The notes: generated by a model not told the origin, from the letters alone. Positions 49,610 to 62,896 are shown, counted from the first letter of the whole stretch. The stretch: 63,484 nucleotides of DNA, filler included, from Rhabdomonas costata (GCA_019059605.1; 46 parts of 46 records of this genome joined end to end with filler, not necessarily neighbours in it); one strand, 5' to 3'. A program made the numbers and translations.

Positions 49610-51347
49610 GTGTGCGTAACTGCTTGCCCCCTCTGGCGCAAGTCGCACCTCAGTGAATGCTACCAGTGCACCAAACAANNNNNNNNNNNNNNNNNNNNNN
49701 NNNNNNNNNNNNNNNNNNNNNNTTAATTAATTAANNNNNNNNNNNNNNNNNNNNNNNNNNNNNNNNNNNNNNNNNNNNAAAAACTGCGCATAGTGGGAGC
49801 GGAAAGCGCGCGCGCTAGTGAGAGCCGGATAAAACGGATTTGATGTCTAGGGAGAATGAGACGGCAGCGCCATAAGAGGAGGCCTTCTGGAATGGAATGG
49901 GTGCACACGATCAGCTGCAGTGATTCAGTATCGTTTTTTTGGGGGGGGGTGCGTTTGTGTTTCGGAGTAATGTGGATGCACGGACGACATTTTAGAAAAT
50001 TTCAACAAAAACATCGGAGTATGCAGACTGAGAAGGCAGACCGTGTGGTGTGGTAAACAGCGGAATATTGAAAGTTCATTTTCAATGCTCTTATCCAGGA
50101 TTTTTCAGAGTTCAAAAATTCCGAAAGTTGTCGTGAAGTCGTCTTTTACCAGCGTTTTTTCCATGTATGAATCACGTACGTTTCCCGCGCAATGCGTTGA
50201 GTGTGACACGACTCGTGGAGTTGGGCTTCATCTTGGTGTTTTGCTGGTAGGGCTACAAATTACCTTCCTTGCTGCTCTATTGTCTCAGTTATCCTGCAAA
50301 GTAACACAAAACTGCTATTGACATGGAATCCACTGTTTCTTTCAAACCAATATTTCCATGAGAAAGAATAATATTAGTCGATAACCTGCAAACTTTTTTG
50401 GTTTTAACCATTTTCGGTTTGATACATTAGCAAATCTTTGCTGTTGTTATTTTTTTTTGTGGTACCATCTAAAAGGTGTATTATCAGCATCTTTGCGAAT
50501 AGAGTTGGTTCAAAAATTAGCACGTTTTGCTTGGAAATATGCTGCGCTTGGCACAAAGCTTACGCTTTTGATGTTTACGTTAAGAAATGAGGCATAAAAT
50601 GCACTTTTGTTTTGCAAAGCGACTAGCTTTTGAGCCACAAAAACTAGTAAAGTCTACCAAAAATACAAAAATATGATTACATTTGTCGATATATTCCAAT
50701 CAATTCAAACTGACTAAACGCCTTTATACGTAAATTTGAGCCAATTTTTTGTTTTATTATAATTATGCTTGATTTTGCCTTCAAAAAAGCCCGCCTTGTA
50801 AGGTAATTTTCCACACTAAAATCCAGCAAAGACAACCTGAGCTTACATATATCGTTCCAGTATTAGCATTTTTATATTGCGGTTTATTTGTTGTAGCTGG
50901 ATTTTCAAAAGACGGGAAACAATAAAATGAACACAGTGAAGAACTTTGTTTAGTTTTGAAACACATTTAAGTCAATTACTAATTCCTGACCAATGCACAA
51001 AAAATCACGCTATGATGGTTAAATGGAGCAAATGTATAAAATACTGCATCCACAACACCCNNNNNNNNNNNNNNNNNNNNNNNNNNNNNNNNNNNNNNNN
51101 NNNNTTAATTAATTAANNNNNNNNNNNNNNNNNNNNNNNNNNNNNNNNNNNNNNNNNNNNTTTGTGGTTTCAATGTTTTCACGCTGATGCGGTGGCAAAA
51201 GGTGTATGGTATAGTTGCACAACGTATATGCTTCTGGGCTTTGGATTTGTCTGCATTGTCACATCATCTCTTGCTAATCGATTATTTTGAGGTGACGTCT
51301 TGGGACTGCTGGGACTGCTTTCGACAGTGTGTCTGTGCGTGTTGCAG

Positions 51348-51897
51348 AGGGGTTGGTGGTTAAAGTTGTGGGACACCGCAGCCAGGCTGAGGCCTTCAAC
51401 AAGCTGTTGCACAAGCACTCTGAGGGAGGTGTACAGGCGTCACCTCTCTGTCTCTCTCACAGTGGTTTATGTTAGCGCGGGGAATTGATCTTTCTCTTCT
51501 CCTGCACCTCTCGCTTGCTCGTCTTCTTGGGTGTTTGCATTCTCTGGCATCCTTTTCCTCTCTTCTTTTGGTATGGAATGGATGTTTGCCGCATCCGTTT
51601 GTGCAGAGCGGTTCCTTTCGGAAGACGAGCCCCCCGCCAGAAAGAGGGCCAAGGTGCATTCCCTCCAATTTCCTGCGGGACGTCTTGCTCACGCTGAGCG
51701 TTTTTGTGTTTTCGCTGTCCGGAGACAGGGATTTGGTGTACGTTTCTTACATCTGTGAACCCTGTATTTTCCACTGGCGACCACCTGCTATCGTGAACAA
51801 TTGATGTCGCCCGAACTTGCAGGACAGACACTCGCTGAAGCAACCATCCGGAGTGGATCTTGTGGAAGCTGAGGAGAACGCGAACACAGCAATGTAG
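51348..51897 (+). CDS. C-terminus of a hypothetical nuclear protein (3 exons)
   Basis: Exons 51348-51428, 51607-51653 and 51823-51897 are all phase-compatible GT-AG: ...HSEGERFLSEDEPPARKRAKDRHSLKQ...NTAM*. PPARKRAK looks like an NLS. Confidence 0.65.
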
Positions 51898-52557
51898 TGC
51901 CAATGAAGTGCCGGAGCTACCACGAGACAGTAGATCCCCGCTCCGCATGTCCCATGTCCATGGCTCTTCGTTCTTGAGTTGGGGGAGGGCATGAGCTCCC
52001 GTTGTGGTCACGGGTGTGACTAGGTTGACGGAGCCTCCGGAGGAACTGTGGGGCCCACGGAAGTGCATCCCCTGCACGTGGAGTGCATCTTCGCCCTTCC
52101 CATAGGAGGTGCCTGCGTATCGGCGTGTCTTTCTTTGTGTAGGACCTCCCACTGCTAAGGTGCTGGTAGCACTCTTGTGAACACTCAGGTAACCGGGGAT
52201 TCAGGGACTCGGTTTTAGTTGTTCCCTGGTTGAATTTTTGTCACTTGCCTCCCGAAAAAAGCAAAAACATCGGTACTACCAGCTCCCTTCAAATTCTCTA
52301 TTGGAATGCCAGGGGACATCCATCGACTTTTCCCTCCACTAATCAAACCCTTGGAGGAGACACGGCGATCTCCCAAGTTACTTGTCACTCAGGTCAGTGC
52401 ATGGCATTTGGTTTTCATGCGCAAAACCCACAAACNNNNNNNNNNNNNNNNNNNNNNNNNNNNNNNNNNNNNNNNNNNNTTAATTAATTAANNNNNNNNN
52501 NNNNNNNNNNNNNNNNNNNNNNNNNNNNNNNNNNNGTTGGTTGGGAAGAAGTCACAC

Positions 52558-53230
52558 CACTGCAGCACTCAGACTCCGTGCAGACCACCGTGGCGCACGC
52601 AGTGCTGGCGTTGTTGGGAGACAGAACAACGGGGCACACGAAGCCATTGCCACCACAGGTACCTGCGAGTCAAGGCACCCGAAAGTGAATAAAAAGAAGC
52701 GGATGGGTAAAGCTTCAGCAGCAGGAAACACAATTATAGCTGCCGGCGCAGAATCGCAATCGAGGGGGCCAGGTTGCAGTGGAAAGTAAGGTCACGTGAG
52801 GATATCGTACATGACGACATATGTGTGTGGACGACACGTGCGAACGAGACCATTCCAAATGCAGACAGAAACCCATAGCCACACTATTCTGCTACGGACA
52901 AATACCAATACGCTTTTTTTCTTTTGCGAATTTCACATTCCCCCCATGTTTGCAGGCAGCCAAGAGCCAGCTGCCGAAGCTCTTTCGGCGTGGCTTTTTT
53001 CTTTTTCAAAACAAGCCGTGGGTGCTGTCGTAAACCCTCCGTTGCGTGGGTCAAGATGCAGAGCACAGGGATACGAAACAGCCATCAAAGAGGGACCAAA
53101 AGCGGTCCACAGCGAAAGGTCAGGAAACCCCTGATCCCCAAGGACCGGCCACACAGCGTTTCAGGGCTGATGGCGGTCCAGCTCAAGAACTCATGCAGCA
53201 ATTCTCCGTTGAGTGAAACCAATACCGTCG
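52558..53230 (-). CDS. Extracellular Cys-rich modular protein, partial (2 symmetric phase-1 exons)
   Basis: Exons 53230-53129 (102 nt) and 52662-52558 (105 nt, TCGGNGFVCPVVLSPNNASTACATVVCTESECCS) join in frame. Confidence 0.6.
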
Positions 53231-54334
53231 CTGCGATGCAAATACAAGAAAGAAAACACCAAAACCTAAAAATTTTCAACGCGGTGCCTTACAGCACGCC
53301 GAAAATGTGTCGTCATGGTGAAGCACGAACACAGAACAGCGCGTTTGCCGATGAGGTGTGCGAAGGGCAGAAAGACCGGAAATTTGCTCTTGACCACCAC
53401 TGCCCCCAGCCAAGCCTACCTCCCTGGAGGCCCCGGTTCAACATCACTATTTCATCTATTCCTCCAAAATTAATTTTACCGATTTCTTTGTAGATGTCCA
53501 CTGGATTCAATCCCTGGATTCAACGATACTTTTTTTTTAGCGATTTTTGTACGTTTTAGTCTGAAAAGGGGACCAAACACAGTTTTGAGAAGAAAGTACG
53601 TACCTACAAGCATACAAGCATCATTGCCCACGCCACCTTGAGTGTTTCTAACACTTATACTTATATCCAAGTTTTTTTTTGCAAAAAAAAATAAAGGTCC
53701 GCTGAAAGGGAGCACCGAGGCAGCTGCCGGTCTGGGCCCAAGTCCCCTCAGACCCGCAGATCAGCGTGCCGCTCCCCGAAAACCCCGCGCTGCAGCTGTA
53801 CGTGCAGAAACTCCCCNNNNNNNNNNNNNNNNNNNNNNNNNNNNNNNNNNNNNNNNNNNNTTAATTAATTAANNNNNNNNNNNNNNNNNNNNNNNNNNNN
53901 NNNNNNNNNNNNNNNNGGGTGGGGGGGGGCAGAGGAATAATGCACGTGCACACAATTGTGCGGATCAAAGCGCCCGGCAGGGCTGGAAGCTCCATCACCC
54001 CAGGTCGCTGCCAAACCTGCGCATGTGTTTGTCCTGGACTGTCTCGCACCGCTCCAGGCAATGTTCCCGCCTCAGCCGCCCGTTTCGGCCGCCGCAAAGC
54101 TGCGCTGGCCTCTGCTCCAGTAAAGAACCTGTCCCAATGGTCCAGTAAAGAACACTTTCAACCAGAGGAAAAACATTATAAAATGGGAAACCACCAATAT
54201 CAAGTTTTTCACTCGTGAATAAATTTCAACATTATTTTGTTTGCCACCCCAACGAAAGACTGCCCCGGACCGCTACCCTGTTAGCGGGGGTTCACGAGTG
54301 ACCTCGATGAAATACAAAACAAGCACACGCACAC

Positions 54335-54485
54335 AAGAGAAGACCAGGTCAGCCGCGAAGTCTGTGCCCACGCAGATCACGATCATCAGGAACGAGGACA
54401 ACGGCACCGGGATCCCCAGGAACACTGTCGCCATCACCGGCAGGGCCTCGCTGAACTCCCCCGCAGGAAGTACATACACCATAAC
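54335..54485 (-). CDS. P-type cation ATPase (type IIC, Na/K- or H/K-like) M5-M6 exon
   Basis: VMVYVLPAGEFSEALPVMATVFLGIPVPLSSFLMIVICVGTDFAAD matches the YxLPAGxFSE...PLSSFLMIxIC..TD pattern of fungal/protist IIC-like pumps. Confidence 0.85.
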
Positions 54486-55814
54486 CTAAGACGAAAAGGT
54501 GCAGACAAGGGAGGAAACATATGTATCACTGTGGAAACGTGTATTTGGATAAAGTGCGAAAAGAGCAACAGCTGTGTCATAAATTGGCGACGATTTTTCC
54601 CTCCGCAGTTTTTTTGGGTTCAATCTTTTCATGTTGGCAAGTGATGCATCCATACCCAATCGATCAGGATCAAGGAGAGCAAACCGTGCATTAATCGTTG
54701 AAAAAATTGATTGTGAAGAACAATAATACAAAAATACAAATGGAAATCTATTGAGTAACTTGCTTTCCAGTTATTCTAGGAGTTCCAGCTTTTTGGCTTT
54801 ACGGCAAGTTTATATGAATAAAGGTGCCAAAAGTGAGTGAGAGAGAGAGCAAGTTCAGGTGAAAGGTTCAAGGGAAACGAGGGCAGTGGATACGGAGGGA
54901 GTCAAAATCCGAATAGGGCAACAACAACCATACCCACCGCACCAATGAGAGCAACGTAAGCCAATATAAACGCGCTGACAGACGGGAACGCTTGGAGGAT
55001 ATGGGGCAGGGGGGAGGGGTATGGGAGGTGGGGAGTTGAGTGAGACTAAAAAACGGGGGCCTCCGTTGGTGGACCCTGGTTAATACGGGACACCACTAGC
55101 GCTGAGCCCACTACCTTCCGCCCTCTGCTGCAAAAGTTGCGGAGGTGGAGTGGAGGTTGTGTGGCATCCTCTGTATTGTGATAAAGAATGGCCCTNNNNN
55201 NNNNNNNNNNNNNNNNNNNNNNNNNNNNNNNNNNNNNNNTTAATTAATTAANNNNNNNNNNNNNNNNNNNNNNNNNNNNNNNNNNNNNNNNNNNNGTGGT
55301 TGTGTGCTTGAGGCTCAGAAGAATGGTATTGGCTCATTCTAAGTGTCATGTAAAGATCCTTCCGGCCTCCGCCATACCAAGGCAGCAACGGAGGATTTGC
55401 TCTATGATGGCGAGCGAAGTTAGGGTCCAGAGCTATTTTTAGGCTGTGAGTTGATTAATTGGAGATTGGAGCAGTGTAATGGTTGCCCCCACCCCGGTAC
55501 ATTGGTTGAGGAAACAAATTGACATTGTGCCACGTTTTCCCACTCCGGTTTGCAATATCTGATGCACACCTGTCTGCATGCAGGTAAACTTTTCTGTTGG
55601 CTTTAGCAAACCGCGTTCCGATACGGTGCAGTGGTTTGTTTTGAGCCCGGCTTGTGAGAAGCCACCCCCTTGAGCCCGCTGCCCTGGTGGAATACAAATC
55701 TGAATCTGGAAAGCGATGCAGTCGCCCGGCTTGACGCCAGCTTAGTGTTGGACTGCTAGTTGTACCAGAGTTGATTCTGCATTGTCTTTCCGCCTCTTCT
55801 GTGCGGTTCCACAG

Positions 55815-56438
55815 GAAACCGCTACGCAAAGGCACTGCTGCTCGGCGTGGCGTTTGCATGCAATCTGGGCGGGATGATGACCCCGATCTCCAGCCCACAA
55901 AATGCCATTAGCCTGGGGTTTTGTGTCCTTCCTCCACCGACTCTCTGCTTTCGTGTGTGCAGTGCTGGAGAGTTCTATATGCTCCGCCAATGCAGCTTTC
56001 TCGTGAACATTCTATGAAATTCTGAATGGGGTGAATAGGCACACCCTGATGTCGCTGTGAAGAGGGTCAATTGGCTCCGTTTCCATGGTTTGGTCTTCCT
56101 GTCCTCCTACAATGCAGTCATGGATGTTAGCGGTTGTGGTTTGGTGACGGCCTCGCTGCGGGCCTCAACGTATGGCACGAACCGAACGGGGCGGGGGTGA
56201 TCCAGTGATGAGTTATTCCACGGAACGCAAGCAATGCTTACTTTGTTCGAAATTCTACATGATGTACAGCGACGCTGATTCAGTTTTTTGTAAATCCGCT
56301 GGGAAGCTCACTGGTCCCGCGGCTGTCTCACTTTTCCTCCTGTATAGTTTCCTTCTGCCGTTCAGGTATATGAATCACAGCAAGCAAACCGCGATTTCCT
56401 TCGGCCAATGGCTGCTGATTTCCGTACCCTTCTGCGCG
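55815..56438 (+). CDS. Pho87/Pho91-like (SLC13/DASS) phosphate transporter, partial (2 exons)
   Basis: Exons 55815-55917 and 56366-56438: NRYAKALLLGVAFACNLGGMMTPISSPQNAISLGYMNHSKQTAISFGQWLLISVPFCA. The NxGGMxxPISSPQN motif is present. Confidence 0.92.
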
Positions 56439-57446
56439 GTATCCCAGCCCACCGCTGTAACCACCCACCCGCTCAAGCACACACTCATTGACACAACGAT
56501 ACACATGCCATTCACAAGTGCAGAAGGCATGGGACTGCAATAGGACCGACACCCAAACCCCCACCCACACCCAACACNNNNNNNNNNNNNNNNNNNNNNN
56601 NNNNNNNNNNNNNNNNNNNNNTTAATTAATTAANNNNNNNNNNNNNNNNNNNNNNNNNNNNNNNNNNNNNNNNNNNNGTTTTTTTGGAAAACTGGAGAAT
56701 GCGTAAAACCTGTGCCCAAATTGCGGCCATTTTTACCTCGAGTTTTTAGGATAAGAGGTTCTTTGCTTTTGGGGGGTGGGGGCTTGCATCAGATTTCACC
56801 TTCTTTGATTCTTAGCCATTTGATGTCGGCAAGTGCCACCTCCATGCCAGATCGAAAAGGATCCAGGTTCTGTGAAAAAAACGATGTCGTCATTCTTGCA
56901 GTTATCCTTGTAAAATGCTGGTTTTGAAGAACAATAATTAATGAGGAGGGTTTGTTTGTAAATCTATGGAGTTTTTTTGCTATCTTTTTGTTTTTTGTTC
57001 TAAGGGTTACACCATTTTAGGTTCTGTCTTCTAATTTGTGGTTATTCAACTAAACGTGTCCATGGCAATAGATTTGTGGGACGAAGAGGAGGTGCAAGAA
57101 GAACGGCGCCCAAAAGAAAGACACCCACGAATCGATGGATGCCAAGAAAAGGGTCCGTGGCTTTCAGCGCGCGGAGCGGTCTGTGGTGCTAACATGATAG
57201 TCCCCATGATCCTGTTGTGAACGGCGGGGGCACCGGCTCACCATACAAATGGGCAGAATCTCTGCCTGCCTGGGGGACACCCAAAAGTACTCGTACCAGT
57301 GTTCTCCCCACACTCCCAGCTCAGTGGTGGGGAATTCCCATTCAGGATCGACTCCCCTAGAGGCCCTTTACAAAGGCTTTTAGACGTTGTATTGACGAAA
57401 TGTTCAGTGGTTGGTGTTAGGACGGGTGGTGCCCTACCACTCTCAG

Positions 57447-57604
57447 GTGATGTACTGGGTTTTTGGCCGGTTGCCGGGGTGCCCGGCCACAGTGGCGTGG
57501 TCGGAGAAGATGCTGTGGGACCTGTACCTCCCGCTGGGGGTGCTGGTGCTGCAGAGCGTGGCCTACGCCCGCCGTGCGGCCGTGGCCGAGTCCACGAACT
57601 CCAG
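57447..57604 (+). CDS. Membrane protein exon of unknown family
   Basis: CAG acceptor, then GC3-rich VMYWVFGRLPGCPATVAWSEKMLWDLYLPLGVLVLQSVAYARR... Confidence 0.5.
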
Positions 57605-58227
57605 GCCCGCGCCCTTTCGTTTTTGCCGCCTGCGTGGCACACCCAAAATCGCACCCAAATCGCACCCAAAATTTCCCCACATCTTGTTGTTTTCAGTTGA
57701 TGGTATGTTGGAGGCTTGCCACAGGGACAGTGCATTGCCCTTCTAATGCCACGCAAACCTTGTGTATGAGGCCTCTTGTATTTTTTCTGAGGGGGGGGGG
57801 GCGTGAAACGTTAGCACCGCTAACGTTCACCACCGCTAATCGGTGATAAATTTCCTTACCGCTCTCAGATTAAAATATGTCTTTCGAGAAGAAAAACAGC
57901 ACACCTAACCCCACCCTGCTAAAACAAAGGCAGTCGACGCAGTTTACCTAAACCCCACANNNNNNNNNNNNNNNNNNNNNNNNNNNNNNNNNNNNNNNNN
58001 NNNTTAATTAATTAANNNNNNNNNNNNNNNNNNNNNNNNNNNNNNNNNNNNNNNNNNNNGTTGTGTGGGACAATGACTGACCATCCTATTTCTTTCTTCT
58101 CCTGCCCCCTCTCCCGACCCCAAACTGCACGCGCGCGACGTAGGGATCGGGAGAGGGGGCAGGAGAAGAAAGAAATAGGATGGTCAGTCATTGTCCCATA
58201 CGACCGAGACGACTCGTTCGGACAAAC

Positions 58228-58320
58228 GACTGGGGTCACGAAATGATGTTTGTCCGAACACGATAAACGACTGGGGCCACGAAATGATGTTTGTCCGAAC
58301 ACGATAAAGGGCTGGGGTCG
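58228..58320 (+). repeat. 41-nt tandem repeat, about 2.3 copies
   Basis: GACTGGGG(T/C)CACGAAATGATGTTTGTCCGAACACGATAAA occurs twice plus a partial copy. Confidence 0.9.
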
Positions 58321-58563
58321 CTTGCGTGAGCATATTCTATTTTCTGCAACAAGGGTTGAACTTGTTGACTTGCTTTCGAGAGGACACTTTCTTTCCAAAA
58401 AATTTGTCTTGTCAGTCTGGGTGATCATTTCTCCACCATTGCGGCGTGCTTCTGCGCATAGTGAACTTTTGGGACGCAGCTGTCCCGCTACTTTGTTGTG
58501 AGACCGTGTTTTGCAACAAGGGTCGCCCCACCCGCACCCCCTCTCTTCACACACACACACCAC

Positions 58564-59145
58564 GTTGTCCCAGGAGTACTTGCTGACGAAGGAGCTCAGC
58601 ACTGTGGGTCGGCGGTTCACCGCGAGGCTGTCGTAGGCCAATCCCCAGATCCCTAATTGGTGAGTTTATATCCCACTGCCACTCCTATCACTCGTAAAGT
58701 CGGGTTGAATGCAGTCTGGAATCTGTTGGCTTTCATAATCAATCAGTGGAGGTCACCATTGTGACCCGGAACTGAGCACTTGATGGCAAAGCTGCCACCG
58801 CAATTCCACAAAAACAACCAAGCGCGCCCGTGTGTATGTGGATTCTTGATGCGTAATTCCTCGAACAATTGGCGGCCGTGACACCGCCAGCTTCCACAAA
58901 CACATCCAAACCCACCCTCCATTCTGTCGATGCTCAAAGGCAGCGCCCGTTCTGGACATAGGCGTGGCGTGTAGATAGGACGTGAAGGCGGGCAGGCGAC
59001 TGGGAGGGGCAGCGAAACAGGGTAGTAACATACCGTCGACCCCGGACATCGCAAACACCCCCGGGGGCTCCACGATGCGCATCACATCAAAGTATGATGC
59101 CGCGGAGGCCCCGGTGGAGCGGTTGGCGGTTAGCCACAGCACATC
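58564..59145 (-). CDS. Pepsin-family (A1) aspartic protease, partial (2 exons)
   Basis: Exons 59145-59034 and 58652-58564 join in phase 1: DVLWLT...FAMSGVDGIWGLAYDSLAVNRRPTVLSSFV, containing the DGIxGLAY..LA psi-loop motif. Confidence 0.85.
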
Positions 59146-59440
59146 CTGCGATAGTGGCGGGCGAACCCGGGAGAACCATGTCCAAAAAGTAAGTGGATCG
59201 ATAATTTTGTATAAGCATGTACGTGCGCGTTTGCCCTGCTTGCCCCTGCTGGTCGAAGGTGCTTCCTGAACCCCCTCTTGAGCCTTTTTAGGTCGGGCCA
59301 CAGGCTGGTCACCGACCAAAACGAAAATTCTAGACAAGNNNNNNNNNNNNNNNNNNNNNNNNNNNNNNNNNNNNNNNNNNNNTTAATTAATTAANNNNNN
59401 NNNNNNNNNNNNNNNNNNNNNNNNNNNNNNNNNNNNNNTC

Positions 59441-59881
59441 GTGGCCAAGATGGACTCCGACACTCAGTTCTGCCCCCACAAGGTGCTTTCGCTGCTGGAG
59501 GAGCTCAGCTGTCATGGTAACTGCACCGGGCACCTGTACGTGGGCTGGCTTGCATTTTGGTGGAATTGCTTCTACCCGTCCCGCTGCCCACTGGGATTCA
59601 TCTATGGTGCGGGGGGCCAGCACTTCTTGGCCCAAGATTTGGTTCAACTGGTTGCCCACCAGCCCTGGAAAGGTTCTAAGCTCGGAGGCCATGAGGATAT
59701 GCGAACCGGGTGGTTTGTTTTCAAGACCGGGCATCCTGTTCGCTTCGTGAACACGGAGCCCCTGGGCAACTCCATGGTACTCTTCGACCAGGTGAACAAT
59801 GCCTCCTTGCGGTTTCTGCCCAACTGCAAGGACACACCGGCCCATGTGGAGGCTGCCGCGGATAGGATCCCTGCACGATGA
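59441..59881 (+). CDS. GT31-family glycosyltransferase, C-terminal part
   Basis: VAKMDSD (DxD), LYVG, YGAGGQHFLAQDLV and HEDMRTGWFV in GT31 order; the stop ends at 59881. Confidence 0.85.
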   Translation: MAKMDSDTQFCPHKVLSLLEELSCHGNCTGHLYVGWLAFWWNCFYPSRCPLGFIYGAGGQHFLAQDLVQLVAHQPWKGSKLGGHEDMRTGWFVFKTGHPVRFVNTEPLGNSMVLFDQVNNASLRFLPNCKDTPAHVEAAADRIPAR

Positions 59882-62800
59882 GAAACCCTGCATTCTGGTC
59901 GTTAATAGCTTGCACCTGTGTGCTTTGTGAATTGTCTCGCTACCGCTTTTGGGAAGAGGGGATGCACAATGGGTGTCTGTGCTTTTTCCCAAAACTATGA
60001 CCACGCGGTGTTCCCACTGCATGGATGAGTGAACCTACTCTGGTCTGGAATCTGATGTTTCGCCGCCTTTCTCTTGACCTCTTCGTAGATCACATTACAA
60101 ACTTGCTTTTGTTTTCCGGACCCTCCCATCCTACCCATGTTTTTGCGGACGCCGCCACGGTGCCAAACTGTGCTGTACTATGTCGTGGCCCCCCGGGGCC
60201 CTCTGGTTATGAGGCGAGTTTTCAGTTCCTGTCCTTGCTGTGGCGAAACATCCGTTTGCGAAACAAACTATCTGTCTTTAGCTTCTTTATCAGGGCAGGG
60301 GTTCACGGAATACGCAGTACAGTTACTGCTGCAGTCATGTTTGCAGTTTGAATTGCAGCTAACCCTGACCTGTAGTGGGGACATCGTGTGTCCGCTGGAG
60401 TTAAGCATCAGAATGCAACTGAAGCACCACAATGCAAGATGTCATCCCCCGCATTGGTTCGCGCTCGTGGCTGGGATCACTCAGCGGTGATCTCCCTCAT
60501 GCAATCGACTCTTCCCAAACAGATCCTCAGTGATTTCGGTGATGACCTTTTGAGCTGTGTCTGTGTACAACAGTCCCATCTGGCGAACTGCGAATGACCA
60601 GAGAAGTGCTTGGAACGTTTGGATTTTATTTCTCAGATTCTGTGCGGCGGGCTCCCTCCGCTTTATTTTGGCACTCTGTGGTTTTGGTCGTCGTCCGAAA
60701 GATTTCTTCTCCCCAAAACANNNNNNNNNNNNNNNNNNNNNNNNNNNNNNNNNNNNNNNNNNNNTTAATTAATTAANNNNNNNNNNNNNNNNNNNNNNNN
60801 NNNNNNNNNNNNNNNNNNNNGTTGGTTTGGAAGATATCAATCAAACGAGGTTTAAGCTGGTAGTCACACACGCACAATTCTCGTGACTGAACGTGACCCC
60901 AATACAAGGGCACCTCAAGGGCTCTCAGAAGTCTTTATAAGACCACATAACATAGGCACAGGTCCTACCTTCTAGGAACTGTGCACTGAACGGGAGATGG
61001 AAACTGGACGACCAGAGGGGGTGGTGACCCATTCATATCTATTGCAGATCCAAAGCTTTCCCGCACTCCACGCGCTTGACCGGATGCCACACAGTGCAGT
61101 AAAAACTTGGAAACTAGAAGAATTAATTGAAAGTCCCTGGTAATTCAATTGACAACCGAAAAACGTCAACAGAACCACATCCTCACACAAGCTATTAGCC
61201 AACGGCAGATGCCGGCTCCTCCCAGTCATATCCCAGTCTTGTGTTATCGAAGGTTTGGGGGCTCTCTTCCCACTCCCGGAATGCTACCAGGGAGAAGAAA
61301 TCTCGAGACTACAGTGTCACCGAAATGTGCTCAGGCAAAGGTCGTAGAACTGTTGCGCTTTCACGTTCCGTGCCATCAACACGGGCCGTCCATGGGCCTC
61401 GTCCCGCCGCGTACTCCCCTGGCTCGGGCCTGAGTCATCCACGACCAGGCGGACTTCCTCAAACTCGCAGATGTCTATGCCCCACCCCCTCGACGGTAAA
61501 AACGGAGGACGGATTCGCTCCACACCACGAGAACTGTTGACGCTTTGTTTTTGTATTTGTTTGTTACGGGGTTTTAGTTTGTTATTCTTTTTATTCAGCT
61601 AGCCTTCACCGAAATGCATCAATGTGTGGTAATGCTAAAGTTTTCCGAGAGGACGGGAAAGCTTATGGTAGGACGAGGATTTCGATACCTTCAAATTTTT
61701 TGAAACTCTGGGGCCCAGCTCACTAAATTCCTTCGTCACTCCTCTGCAGCGTTTTGTGCTATCAAACCCGACTCATCTTGCGCACACACTCTGAAGGTCT
61801 CTGATGTTTTTCCACGAAACAAAAACAAGTACAGAGAGAGCGGGAATTCAAAGAAGCACCTGGCTTTGCCAAAAAGGCTGCCGTGAGGGAGTCCCAGGCG
61901 TAATAATGATCCGAGGGGTCCATGTGCACCAGGGCGCATGATCCCCACGAACTGCCAACAAAGTTGGCCAAGGCCGACTGCCAGTTCCTCCCAAACAGCT
62001 TCACAAAGTCGGCTGTGGGCAGGGCAACATATAAAGAAACCCAAACCCGGATCCTGTCCTTCCGGCTCTGAACAGTTCCTCAACAAGGGCAGCCGACAAG
62101 ATNNNNNNNNNNNNNNNNNNNNNNNNNNNNNNNNNNNNNNNNNNNNTTAATTAATTAANNNNNNNNNNNNNNNNNNNNNNNNNNNNNNNNNNNNNNNNNN
62201 NNGGTTGGGTGAGAAGTATTGTCGCCCAACCCTCTCATTCTGCGCGGTAGGGTAGAGGAAATAGAAGAAAGAATGCAGAAAGAGGTTCTAGTGATTGCTC
62301 AAACTATTTCAGCGGGGAATCGCAAACGGAACCATAACGGAAATAACAGCCACCGAAAGAATACAAACAGTGCTCCCCAGCCTGCACAGAATGAGAGGGT
62401 TGGGCGACAATACTTCTCACCAAATCCAAACAACCCTGCGATGAACATGACACTTCTACAGTGAGCAAGCCCCCAAACCCTTTTCTGTGGGGGCAATTTG
62501 CGCTTTTTTTGTGGGAGGGAAGGTGTTGTCGACTTGGAGAGCATTAGATGAGGGGCAGAGGCCAATCGCCGCGGAGGTCAGCTTCGATAAGGATGCTGAT
62601 GAGGCAAGGATAAGCCATGGGAAGTGCCATCGGAGGAAGTCAGAATTTTGACTTTCGACGTTCAACGGTTAAAACGTTTACCATAGTTAAATGTTTAACG
62701 CCATCAAATTCAACATTTTCTTTTTGGTGTTTATTTTCTGAGCACGGGGTTGGGTATACTGTATACTTGTGCCAAATGCCCACCCCCAGTCAATTTTATC

Positions 62801-62896
62801 AGTTTAAAGATTCTTCGACCGTTACAAGTGCATGCGGTGTTAACCTTTTAACATCCCCAAAGAAATGCATGCATGCATGTGTGGAAAGGGAAGGAC

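Noticed and set aside
58066..58198. 52-bp perfect hairpin (pre-miRNA or MITE-like)
   Set aside because: It abuts the contig start and primer-like run; most likely a fold-back artefact.
1284..62202. Regularly spaced TTAATTAATTAA as a CRISPR-like or biological repeat; any operon or system built from neighbouring contigs (e.g. IPK plus Pho91)
   Set aside because: The motif is an artificial linker inside N runs, and the contigs appear ordered by length and are unlinked.
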